Below, one piece after another: positions 20,093-28,560 of a stretch of DNA of 41,510 nt (positions within the stretch are counted from its first letter, which is position 1; the number at the start of each line of letters is the position of its first letter). The position numbers and the translations under genes were made by a program. The notes beneath the pieces were generated by a model that did not search any database, had not been told where the DNA came from, and saw nothing but the letters and a program-made list of their open reading frames with translations. The stretch is taken from IMG/VR virus record IMGVR_UViG_3300017766_002123, positions 1 through 41,510 of that record; one strand, 5' to 3'. The stretch is from a virus (Duplodnaviria > Caudoviricetes).

Positions 20093-20806
20093 ATGATAAT
20101 TAATCCTTATTCATTTACTCCTCCATCATCTTTAAATAATGGTTTGCTTGGGGTGTGGAATGCTGATAACAATGCAAATGATTCTTTTGGAACTAATAAT
20201 GGAACTCCTTATGGTGGTACCACATATACAAATGGTAAAATAAATCAAGCTTTTAATTTAAATGGCACTAATTCATATATTCAATTACAAAATAACACAC
20301 TTCATTTACAAGAATTTTCATATAGTCAATGGGTATATTATAAAGCATTTGCCACAAGTGAATCCTACACATTAGCTGCAACTAACGGTAACGCTATAAA
20401 TGAAAATTATGGTGTGTCTTTTGGCGTTATTAGCGGTAAATTAACATTAGGTGTTTTTAATAATACAAATGCATCTATTTGGCAATCTTCTACTTTGAGT
20501 ATAAATCAATGGTATTTATTATCAGTAACAAAAAAATCAAGCGAAGCACCTAAATTTTATGTTAACGGAAGTTTACAATCAACAACCCTACTAACAGGAA
20601 GTAATACACTTAACCCAGCATATACTGGTGGAATATATACAACTACACCTCCTATGATTGGTGTGTATGCATTTAATAATGTAAATAGTGGTTATGCTTA
20701 TGCAAATGCTTTAGTTGACTGTACAAATGTATGGAATAGAGAATTAACAGCGAGTGAGATATCACAATTATATAATAGTGGAAACGGTAAACAATACCCT
20801 TATTAA
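20093..20806 (+). CDS. LamG/concanavalin A-like lectin domain protein (candidate RBP)
   Basis: GKINQAFNLNG, FSYSQWV, NQWY, FYVNG, WNRELTASEI..LYNSG motifs. Confidence 0.85.
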   Translation: MIINPYSFTPPSSLNNGLLGVWNADNNANDSFGTNNGTPYGGTTYTNGKINQAFNLNGTNSYIQLQNNTLHLQEFSYSQWVYYKAFATSESYTLAATNGNAINENYGVSFGVISGKLTLGVFNNTNASIWQSSTLSINQWYLLSVTKKSSEAPKFYVNGSLQSTTLLTGSNTLNPAYTGGIYTTTPPMIGVYAFNNVNSGYAYANALVDCTNVWNRELTASEISQLYNSGNGKQYPY

Positions 20807-20808
20807 TT

Positions 20809-21036
20809 ATGAAAGTTAGAAAATTAACAATTGAACAAAAAGACCTTTTAATAGGCAAGGTTTGGGGTTACGAAAATCAAATTTTTAATCCTACTTTAGA
20901 CGCACAAGGTAATTGGTTTATTTCAAATGAGGAAGTAAACGGATGTACGTTAGCACAAGCTCAATTAATAGGTTGTGATAGTTGGCTATTAACACTTCCA
21001 GAAATTGATTATAACCCTGTAATTGTAGAAATGTAA
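20809..21036 (+). CDS. Small tail-fibre-associated protein
   Basis: FNPTLDAQGNWFISNEEV; follows the LamG gene. Confidence 0.6.
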   Translation: MKVRKLTIEQKDLLIGKVWGYENQIFNPTLDAQGNWFISNEEVNGCTLAQAQLIGCDSWLLTLPEIDYNPVIVEM

Positions 21037-21107
21037 TGAACGAATTAAAAAACATTTTAGAGCAACTGAGAAAAGCGAAATTTACACTATTATTACTTAT
21101 ATTTTAA
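21036..21107 (+). pseudogene. Truncated duplicate of the holin-like gene 5' end (MNELKNILEQLRKAKFTLLLLIF*)
   Basis: First 13 aa identical to the 24225 protein, with synonymous nucleotide differences. Confidence 0.8.
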
Positions 21108-21130
21108 ATTTTTAATATACCAAGATAATT

Positions 21131-23224
21131 ATGCCTGAATTAAGTCCAGTTAAAATATATGTAAAAGGTAACTATCTCATTTACACAAATGAGACAGACC
21201 TTTTCTTTGCTGATAATGTAGAAAACATCTTATTAAGCAAAAACACTACTACATCTACTTCTTATTACTTGTATATGAGAGGTATCAACAAGTTAATCAA
21301 CGACATAGCATTTTCTACTATAGTTGATGAAGGTTATGAATCTTATATTTCACAAGCGTACTTTGAGAACTACATTTATACTAATACAGGAAATAGAGTT
21401 AGTTTACCATTAGTAAGCATTGGAGAGTTAAACGATGTAGCAATTTCAGCACCTTCTAACGGACAAGTATTAGAATATAACGCTACAAGTGGTCAATGGG
21501 AAAATGTATCTCCAAGTGCTTTAGGTGGCGATATGACACAAGCAGTTTACGATTACGATGGAGATGGTGTAGTAGATAGTTCAGAGAAACTTGAATTTAT
21601 AGGTAAAAACTCAACAGGTGTTACAATAGGGAAAACTAAAGTCGTTTACATAAGTGGTGCAACAGGACAAAAACCGAACATTACATTAGCAGATGCAAGT
21701 TTAGAAATATCAAGTTCAAAAACTATAGGTATCACAAGAACATCAATTGCAAACAATGCTGATGGATATGTAATTACTCACGGAACAATACACGATATAG
21801 ATACTTCTGCTTTTGCTGATGGAAATGCTTTGTGGCTATCTGAAACAGCAGGAGAAATAACCAATGTAGTACCTTCTGAACCTGCTCACGCTGTATTTAT
21901 AGGTTTTGTAGCATACGCACACCCAACAGCAGGGAGAATCATTCTACATATACAAAATGGGTATGAACTAAACGAATTACACGGAGTTAGTGTATCTTCT
22001 GAAGTTAACAACGATGTTTTACAATTTGAATCATCTACAGGTCTTTGGAAGAATAAACAACTTTCTTTTAACCAACTAAATAATCATTTTATATTAGTAA
22101 ACCAAAAATCTGATTTACCAACACCATCAACTGGTGTAATTAATTTAAGTGCTAATGTTACTTATTACTTTACTAACGTAGTAGATTTAACAGGGGATAG
22201 ATTAGTTTGCGGTGCTAATACTACAATACTTGGTGGTTCATCTGAAAACTGTAGAATCAAGTCAACAGGTTTAACAGGTACTGCTTTGATTACATCTTCA
22301 TACTCTTTACCTATAAGAAATATTACACTTGAAGCAGATGTTGCTTTAAATTTAAGTGGGGATAGTGTAACAACTGCTTTAGATTGGTTTGGTGTGAACT
22401 TTACTGATTGTAATACTGTAGGTACAATTGCTAATTACTCAAACTTTGTAATGACAGATAGTGCTTTCTTAAATGCACAAGGTTTAACGTTTGATGGAAC
22501 TATCGGAACAATAGGTATAAGCAACTCTTTATTTGATTGTAAGGCATCAGGAACAGCAATAACAATAGCATCAGGTGCTAACATCACTCGTAGATTTAGA
22601 GTTATTTATTCTTCTTTTATTGCTTTAAGTGGAGAAACTGCTATTAATGTAAATGCAAGTGCTACAATAGGAGATGAAAAATACATTTTAGACACAGTAA
22701 ACTTTTCGGGTGGTGGTACTTATACAACTGGAGTTACGCACACTTCTAATAAGGCTTTATTTGTCAATTGTGTAAACATTACTAATACTTCTACAAGAGG
22801 TTTTATGTATATGATAAACAACACTACAGATACAACTATTGGCTCTCCAAATGTAAACGTATGGGTAAAAGCAGGTGGTAATACAACAGCAGGTGCTGAA
22901 AATTCAAAGTTTACTCACGCATCTAATAGACTTACTTATACTGGTGCTTTTTCAAATTCTTTTCAAGTTAGTGTAAATTGTAGTGTTAGGTCAGGTTCTG
23001 TTTCGCAAGTTATATCAATAGGTATTGCTAAAAATGGTACTATATTATCAGAAAGTGAAATGACAGTTAGAACTGATGTTGCCAATCAAGAATACCCAAG
23101 CTCTACCTCTTGTCATTTAACTATGACAACAAATGATTACGTTGAGGTTTTTGTTAGAAATACTTCAAGTTCAAATATGAGGATAGCCGATTTAAATGTT
23201 TCAGTAATAAAAATACCAGTATAA
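21131..23224 (+). CDS. Tail fibre/spike protein
   Basis: Two EL..V......N..VL......G.W.N fibre repeats, a T/S/N-rich beta region, and a C-terminal jelly-roll-like head (NDYVEVFVRN). Confidence 0.7.
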   Translation: MPELSPVKIYVKGNYLIYTNETDLFFADNVENILLSKNTTTSTSYYLYMRGINKLINDIAFSTIVDEGYESYISQAYFENYIYTNTGNRVSLPLVSIGELNDVAISAPSNGQVLEYNATSGQWENVSPSALGGDMTQAVYDYDGDGVVDSSEKLEFIGKNSTGVTIGKTKVVYISGATGQKPNITLADASLEISSSKTIGITRTSIANNADGYVITHGTIHDIDTSAFADGNALWLSETAGEITNVVPSEPAHAVFIGFVAYAHPTAGRIILHIQNGYELNELHGVSVSSEVNNDVLQFESSTGLWKNKQLSFNQLNNHFILVNQKSDLPTPSTGVINLSANVTYYFTNVVDLTGDRLVCGANTTILGGSSENCRIKSTGLTGTALITSSYSLPIRNITLEADVALNLSGDSVTTALDWFGVNFTDCNTVGTIANYSNFVMTDSAFLNAQGLTFDGTIGTIGISNSLFDCKASGTAITIASGANITRRFRVIYSSFIALSGETAINVNASATIGDEKYILDTVNFSGGGTYTTGVTHTSNKALFVNCVNITNTSTRGFMYMINNTTDTTIGSPNVNVWVKAGGNTTAGAENSKFTHASNRLTYTGAFSNSFQVSVNCSVRSGSVSQVISIGIAKNGTILSESEMTVRTDVANQEYPSSTSCHLTMTTNDYVEVFVRNTSSSNMRIADLNVSVIKIPV

Positions 23225-23225
23225 T

Positions 23226-24101
23226 ATGTCAGTAGCGAGATACAATAGAACTAAAAAATGTTTTAGATTATTAAAAAGTAAAAAAAGAAAAACTGAACCT
23301 TTAGAAACTTACGCTAAAAAGGAATGTTGTAATCCTATACTTGTATTAGCACACACGACTGATACAACGTCTTGGAAGAACGATATTACTTCTGCTTGGG
23401 TAAAACTACCTGAACTAACAGATAGTGTAACATTCGAGCTGTTTAAGGATAATGACACGCTTTCTACTTACGTTCCAAGTAAGAATCATATATTTAGAGA
23501 GGATAGAGGATATTATGTTACTATACCTTGGAGAGATGTACTTGCATTAGATGGAATAGGATGTTACTATTTAAAAATCACAACAATTATTAATGGAACT
23601 ACAGAATCCTCTATTTGGGGTAAATATAATTTACAGTCATATACTACTGAAAATGCTCAAAATACTATTCGAGTAAAAGTTGATGTAAACCAATACTATT
23701 CTATTGAGGATATTGACTTTACAGGTACTCACTTAATTGATACATTGAGGTTCGGTGGTTTCTTCGGTAATATGTCGCCAAACTTGAAAATTGACAATCT
23801 TATCTATGAAAATAGAAGATTTGAAAATGTACAAAGAGAAAGAATTGCTACTTATACAATGACATCTGATCCTATAGATTATAAATATACTGGATTACTA
23901 CTTGACTTTTATTTACTTGCAGAAAATAGAATTTGGTTGTCAGATCATAATGAGTTCAATCATTCACAATTTTACAAAGACACAGAGTTAATTGTTAATG
24001 ATACACCAAGCGTAGATTACAAAGAATTTAGTAATTTAGCGACTGTAACTTGTACGTTTACTGATAAAGTACGTAATAATTTGGCAAAATATAATGGCTA
24101 A
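23226..24101 (+). CDS. Structural/tail protein, hypothetical
   Basis: 291 aa at the end of the tail module. Confidence 0.55.
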   Translation: MSVARYNRTKKCFRLLKSKKRKTEPLETYAKKECCNPILVLAHTTDTTSWKNDITSAWVKLPELTDSVTFELFKDNDTLSTYVPSKNHIFREDRGYYVTIPWRDVLALDGIGCYYLKITTIINGTTESSIWGKYNLQSYTTENAQNTIRVKVDVNQYYSIEDIDFTGTHLIDTLRFGGFFGNMSPNLKIDNLIYENRRFENVQRERIATYTMTSDPIDYKYTGLLLDFYLLAENRIWLSDHNEFNHSQFYKDTELIVNDTPSVDYKEFSNLATVTCTFTDKVRNNLAKYNG

Positions 24102-24228
24102 AAAAAGATTTGTTAAAGGTCAAGAGTTTAATGGAAAACAAATAATTGAAGTATATAGTTGTACTTCAGAAACAATGATTTTATTTACTGATAAAACTTA
24201 TTTAGTTTTCAAAAACAAAGACTTATGA
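24094..24228 (+). CDS. Small hypothetical protein (44 aa, MAKKRFVKGQEFNGK...), not in ORF track
   Basis: Fills the gap and overlaps both neighbours (ATGA with the holin). Confidence 0.6.
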   Translation: MAKKRFVKGQEFNGKQIIEVYSCTSETMILFTDKTYLVFKNKDL

Positions 24229-24836
24229 ACGAACTTAAAAACATATTAGAGCAGTTAAGAAAAACAAGAGTATTAATTGTTCTAATATTGTTCTTTGCAT
24301 TTATTGCCTATTTGTATAAATCTCTTATTACTGATGTAGTAACAGAAAGGATAAACAAAGACGAGGTTAAAAAAGACATTAACAACAATGTGCTTATTCA
24401 ACAAATGCTTAACGACCTTATGCTTAAATACAAGGCTGACAGAGCATACATCTTTAGATTTAGCAACTCAATTATCTATTACGATGGACGACATAGGAAT
24501 CTTACTTCGATGGCTTTCGAGGTGTGTGGAAATGGAATAAGTTGTGAAGCACAAGGATTACAAAATTTACCAGTTAGTTTATTTCCTGTTTTTCTACAAG
24601 AAGTAATGTTAGATAAAATGATCTATTCTGACATAGATGAATTGCAAGAAGTATCAACAAGAATATCTTTAAAAAAACAAGGTATTAAATCACTTATGGT
24701 AGCACCTTATTTCAAAGATGGGCAATTCGTGGCTTACATAGGATTGGACTTTGTGAAAGAATACAATAAATTAGATTTTGACTATGATAAGTTTAAATCA
24801 AGAACAAATGAAATAGGTAGAATTTTAACACAATAA
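24225..24836 (+). CDS. Single-TM GAF-domain protein; putative T4 gpT-like holin
   Basis: N-terminal TM; ADRAYIF.F.N and GIKSL.VAP.F.DG.F...IGLDF GAF pattern; lies in the lysis cassette. Confidence 0.7.
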   Translation: MNELKNILEQLRKTRVLIVLILFFAFIAYLYKSLITDVVTERINKDEVKKDINNNVLIQQMLNDLMLKYKADRAYIFRFSNSIIYYDGRHRNLTSMAFEVCGNGISCEAQGLQNLPVSLFPVFLQEVMLDKMIYSDIDELQEVSTRISLKKQGIKSLMVAPYFKDGQFVAYIGLDFVKEYNKLDFDYDKFKSRTNEIGRILTQ

Positions 24837-24845
24837 ACAAATAAT

Positions 24846-25043
24846 ATGAAGTTAATTGAAAGAATAAAAAAACCAAGACCACACTTTTGGGTTAAAGTTG
24901 GAAAAGTTGGTGTAGCACTAACTATAATCGGTGGAGCAATAGTAACACCATTACCATTAGTGGGTGGAATACTTATGACTATTGGAGCGACAACAAAGAG
25001 TTTATCACATTTAGCAATAGAAGATGGACAAACTAACGATTGA
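24846..25043 (+). CDS. Small two-TM protein (holin/antiholin candidate)
   Basis: Hydrophobic hairpin, directly before the endolysin. Confidence 0.6.
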   Translation: MKLIERIKKPRPHFWVKVGKVGVALTIIGGAIVTPLPLVGGILMTIGATTKSLSHLAIEDGQTND

Positions 25044-25503
25044 TAGAATAGAATCAGCACACCCAGTTATTCGTGAGGAATTGCGTGATTTCTATATTGA
25101 GTGCAACAATAAACTACCTAAAGGTGTTAGATTGAGGTTTGCTTACGTTTATAGAAGTCCTGCTGAACAAAATGCTTTATATCTAAAGAAACCAAAAGTA
25201 ACTAACGCAAAAGCATTTCAATCAATCCATAATTATGGTTTGGCATTTGATATCGTTATATTGCGAGATAAAGACAATAACGGAACTTTTGAATCAATTG
25301 ATTGGGATATTAATTCGGAATACTTTAAAACTGTTGTAGCGTACTTTAAATCGAAAGGATATGAATGGGGTGGAGATTGGAAAAACTTTAAAGATTATCC
25401 TCATTTTCAAAAAGCATTTAATTTAACGTGGCAACAACTTAAAAACAGATTAGACATAGGCTATAAAATAGTTGATAAAGGAATTACTTATCCTAAAATA
25501 TAA
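25024..25503 (+). CDS. Endolysin, peptidase M15 (L-Ala-D-Glu peptidase-like)
   Basis: RS..EQ, SIHNYGLAFD, EWGGDW, DYPHFQ motifs. Confidence 0.92.
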   Translation: MDKLTIDRIESAHPVIREELRDFYIECNNKLPKGVRLRFAYVYRSPAEQNALYLKKPKVTNAKAFQSIHNYGLAFDIVILRDKDNNGTFESIDWDINSEYFKTVVAYFKSKGYEWGGDWKNFKDYPHFQKAFNLTWQQLKNRLDIGYKIVDKGITYPKI

Positions 25504-25509
25504 CTGATA

Positions 25510-25540
25510 AAGACGCATTTAGAAATATTTGCGTTTTTTT
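25510..25540 (+). terminator. Intrinsic terminator ending the late operon
   Basis: AAGACGCA...TGCGTTTT followed by a T run. Confidence 0.75.
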
Positions 25541-25551
25541 GTGCAAAATTA

Positions 25552-25582
25552 TTTGTTTTAACAATTATTCATTTTATCTTTG
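25552..25582 (+). promoter_or_regulatory. Bacteroidota promoter TTTG-19-TATCTTTG
   Basis: Consensus -33/-7 boxes at 25552-25555 and 25575-25582. Confidence 0.8.
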
Positions 25583-25598
25583 TTAAAAATTAAATGAT

Positions 25599-25850
25599 AT
25601 GGAAGAAGATTTAGAAAAGTTTTTAATAGAATTAAAATATCAAGCAAACAGACTTGATTTATTAAAAGAATCAGATGTGTGTATTTGTATGTCAAGTATT
25701 ACTGCAAATAAAATAGTAAATGCATATTTAGATATACATTTAGATATACCAGTCAATATAGGTGTAAGTACGTTTAAGTTGTTTGGATATGATGTTTATC
25801 CTTCTGACTTTTTAAAAGAATATAATTTTTTTGTAGGATTTAAAAGATAA
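25599..25850 (+). CDS. Hypothetical protein
   Basis: First ORF after the promoter. Confidence 0.65.
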   Translation: MEEDLEKFLIELKYQANRLDLLKESDVCICMSSITANKIVNAYLDIHLDIPVNIGVSTFKLFGYDVYPSDFLKEYNFFVGFKR

Positions 25851-25855
25851 AAATT

Positions 25856-26251
25856 ATGACAATTGAAAAAATAGTTCAGTACACGATAGGTTATAAACCT
25901 GAACTGGTAAAAAAGAATGAAGTGTTCTTTGAACCATTGCCTGATGACACATCAATCCGTATTAATTATTTAGGTATGGAAAGAGATTTTGAAGTTGAAT
26001 TTGGCGAATGGTTTCCTGTAGAATGGAAAGACGAAGAAGAAGAAGATACTTATGAGCCTTTTACAACTAAAGACCTTATGCTATTCTTCCCTTCGTTTGC
26101 TGATATTAACATTTGTATTGAATGTGAAGGCAAAGGATATTATATGGTTTACCAAGAATGTACAAAACCTGCATCTGACTGCTGTGGTGCTTGTGAAAGA
26201 GAGGTAAGTTGTGATTGTAGTAAACACACTAAATTATTTCCTTATGAGTAA
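25856..26251 (+). CDS. Cys-rich putative zinc-binding protein
   Basis: CIECEGKG...CT...DCCGAC...CDC. Confidence 0.65.
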   Translation: MTIEKIVQYTIGYKPELVKKNEVFFEPLPDDTSIRINYLGMERDFEVEFGEWFPVEWKDEEEEDTYEPFTTKDLMLFFPSFADINICIECEGKGYYMVYQECTKPASDCCGACEREVSCDCSKHTKLFPYE

Positions 26252-26453
26252 AAAACTAATTGACAGTATTGAACACTTTGATAGGTTTGATACAGATAAA
26301 TATGTAGAGGTAGTAAATGCTAAAAATGGTATTTACGATGAAGTAAAAACAAACAAGCAATTTAACCAAGGTTGTATGGAGTTTTTCAAAGCAATAGTTT
26401 TTTTAACAGTATTAACATTTTTAATTTATGCACTATGTTTTATAAAAAGATAG
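26244..26453 (+). CDS. Small protein with C-terminal TM
   Basis: Start moved to ATG 26244; hydrophobic C-terminus. Confidence 0.6.
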   Translation: MSKKLIDSIEHFDRFDTDKYVEVVNAKNGIYDEVKTNKQFNQGCMEFFKAIVFLTVLTFLIYALCFIKR

Positions 26454-26920
26454 CAGTTTTAACATCAGGAGACTTATTTATACACAAGATACCTGATACT
26501 ATGACTAATGATGAGATAGTCGCTTATTTGCAAGATTTAGGGCAAGAAACGACATTCTTTGAAGTAAACAATGTAATTACAAAAGAGGTTTCAATGTACC
26601 GATATAAGCAAATGTTCCCAAGTCAGGAGTTTTTAGGAAGAACAGAGTTAATTAAGGAATATTTAAGTAAGCATAAATCTCGTGATGCAAGTTGGATTCA
26701 AATGAAATCGTTTATTTGCAAATGGCTTTATAACAAAGGACTTACGATGATGGATATTGCACAAATAATGGGGTATGCTAATCACACAAGTATAATTTAC
26801 TTCATTAAGGAATATTCAGACTTTGATAAGGGATTTCGATTTGATGATTTTATGCAGTATGTAGAACAAGGATTATATCCAGTAAATGTAAATGGAATAA
26901 CAAAATTTAAAGAACTATGA
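26435..26920 (+). CDS. HTH protein resembling the DnaA C-terminal/TrpR-like domain
   Basis: GLTMMDIAQIMGYANHTSIIY; start moved to ATG 26435. Confidence 0.55.
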   Translation: MFYKKIAVLTSGDLFIHKIPDTMTNDEIVAYLQDLGQETTFFEVNNVITKEVSMYRYKQMFPSQEFLGRTELIKEYLSKHKSRDASWIQMKSFICKWLYNKGLTMMDIAQIMGYANHTSIIYFIKEYSDFDKGFRFDDFMQYVEQGLYPVNVNGITKFKEL

Positions 26921-27144
26921 CAACAGTACAATATATTAAAAAAATGGTTAATGTAATATTATATCATTTAGATGAAGAAGATACAAAAAGAATTAATGAA
27001 GTTTTTAATGATGCTTTAAAAACAGAAACAAAAGAAACATTAAAAAGACAATTATTTATTGGTAAGGTTTCTGAAGTTATTGGTGCTGAAAAAACTTTAG
27101 AATTATTAAGAGAAGCAAAAAACGAAATTGAAAAATATGATTAA
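26917..27144 (+). CDS. Hypothetical protein
   Basis: Translationally coupled ORF. Confidence 0.65.
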   Translation: MTTVQYIKKMVNVILYHLDEEDTKRINEVFNDALKTETKETLKRQLFIGKVSEVIGAEKTLELLREAKNEIEKYD

Positions 27145-27499
27145 AGGACACGAAGATATTACTCACGAGTTAACTCCTGAGGAATACGATTTAGCAGTAA
27201 GATTAGCACCATTTTTAGAAAAAAGAACCAAGGATAATCCGATACTTGCAAAGCAGATCATTGATGGTGTAAATGAAAAATGGAATCCTAAACCAAAACT
27301 TACTGATGCAAGACTTCGTAAGATTGTAAACTACTACAGAGTACAAGCAATACTACCAGTTATTAGCACTTCTAAAGGGTATTATGTAAGTTATGACGAG
27401 CAAGACATCAATGATATGATGCAGTCTTTATGTCAAAGAGGTAATAGCATAATACAAGCATCATTTGGTATGGGAAAAATTTTAAACAAAATTAAATAA
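27137..27499 (+). CDS. Winged-helix DNA-binding protein (putative)
   Basis: DARLRKIVNYYR...PVISTSKGYY wHTH wing pattern. Confidence 0.6.
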   Translation: MIKGHEDITHELTPEEYDLAVRLAPFLEKRTKDNPILAKQIIDGVNEKWNPKPKLTDARLRKIVNYYRVQAILPVISTSKGYYVSYDEQDINDMMQSLCQRGNSIIQASFGMGKILNKIK

Positions 27500-27513
27500 A
27501 AAGAATAATTTTA

Positions 27514-27521
27514 TATATTTG
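27514..27521 (+). promoter_or_regulatory. -7 promoter box TATATTTG of the replication operon
   Basis: Consensus TAnnTTTG in an intergenic gap. Confidence 0.65.
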
Positions 27522-27527
27522 CATCAT

Positions 27528-27625
27528 AGTTCGGGTCTCAAACATAGTGAACTTAAAGAAATTATTAACCCTTTTCAATGATATAGACGTGAGACCCCTA
27601 TTGATTTGAGAGGGTATTTTTATTT
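27528..27625 (+). ncRNA. Structured leader RNA: two hairpins with 8-bp loop-loop complementarity
   Basis: GGGTCTCA 27533-27540 pairs with TGAGACCC 27590-27597; second stem is followed by a T-rich tract. Confidence 0.7.
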
Positions 27626-27643
27626 ATTTAAAAAATTTATTTT

Positions 27644-27838
27644 ATGATTTACAAATTTGTATGCGTAGAAGGAAATGCAACAATGGAGTTGTATCAAGCA
27701 AATGAGAATGACAAGGAAAGAAACTCATTAGTATTTGACATTTGTGAAAGCGGAACAAGAAATTACATTTGTCTTGACAAAAAAGATGTTTACCATTTAA
27801 TTGGTGCTTTACATTTACTACATAAAGAAATGAAGTAA
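27644..27838 (+). CDS. Small hypothetical protein
   Basis: 64 aa; TAATG coupling to the initiator gene. Confidence 0.65.
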   Translation: MIYKFVCVEGNATMELYQANENDKERNSLVFDICESGTRNYICLDKKDVYHLIGALHLLHKEMK

Positions 27839-28560
27839 TGGAAAAGATGCAATGGTTTAAATTCTCTATTTCGGAATGGAAGATGGGAAAGATTCAAAAA
27901 TGTAAACCTGAAGCAAAATCTGCTTTTATGGAACTTTGTTGTTTGTACTGGATTAATGAAACAAAACTATCTATTGAAGATGCAATAATCGAATGCGATG
28001 AAGATAATTATCATAACCTATTATCTAAAAAAGTTATTAAAGAAGTAGATGGGTATGTTAAGATATATTTTCTTGATGAACAGTTTGAAAATGCTTTAGA
28101 AAAATCTGTAAAAGCAAGAGAATCAGTAGAAAAGAGATGGGCAAAACGTAATACGAACTTAATACAATCGAATAACGAAAGTAATACGAACGTATTAGAA
28201 ACGAATTACGAACGTAATACAGAAGAGAAAAGAAGAGAAGAGAAGAGAGAAGAAAAGAATATAGATAGTCGCAAAACAAGTTTTGCTAATTCTATTAAAC
28301 CTTTTTTAGAAACTTACGGAAAAGAAATGTGTACAGAATTTTACAAGTATTGGACTGAACACGGAGAGAAAGATAAAAAGATGAGATTTGAAAAAGAAAA
28401 AACTTTTGGAATAAAACAAAGATTAGACAGATGGAAATCTAATAAATCTAAATTTTCTACTCCTACACAAAAGAAAGATGTTTTATTTGTTACTCCTGAA
28501 GGAATAGAAATAACAGATTCTCACGTATTACACGTTTACCAACAAACTGGAAAAGTATGA
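27838..28560 (+). CDS. Replication initiator (lambda O-like architecture; DUF1376-like N-terminus)
   Basis: WFKF...W, L...YW N-terminus, KRW linker, internal iterons, EFYKYW C-domain; upstream of the helicase. Confidence 0.75.
   Translation: MEKMQWFKFSISEWKMGKIQKCKPEAKSAFMELCCLYWINETKLSIEDAIIECDEDNYHNLLSKKVIKEVDGYVKIYFLDEQFENALEKSVKARESVEKRWAKRNTNLIQSNNESNTNVLETNYERNTEEKRREEKREEKNIDSRKTSFANSIKPFLETYGKEMCTEFYKYWTEHGEKDKKMRFEKEKTFGIKQRLDRWKSNKSKFSTPTQKKDVLFVTPEGIEITDSHVLHVYQQTGKV
28145..28260. repeat. Iteron-like repeats (GTAATACGAAC variants) plus a purine tract; probable replication origin
   Basis: Variants at about 28145, 28180 and 28206, followed by an almost pure A/G tract at 28221-28259. 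Confidence 0.65.

Noticed and set aside
19182-24101. Diversity-generating retroelement acting on tail fibres
   Set aside because: No reverse transcriptase and no TR/VR pair with adenine-specific differences seen; the 21036/24225 duplicate differs at synonymous sites.
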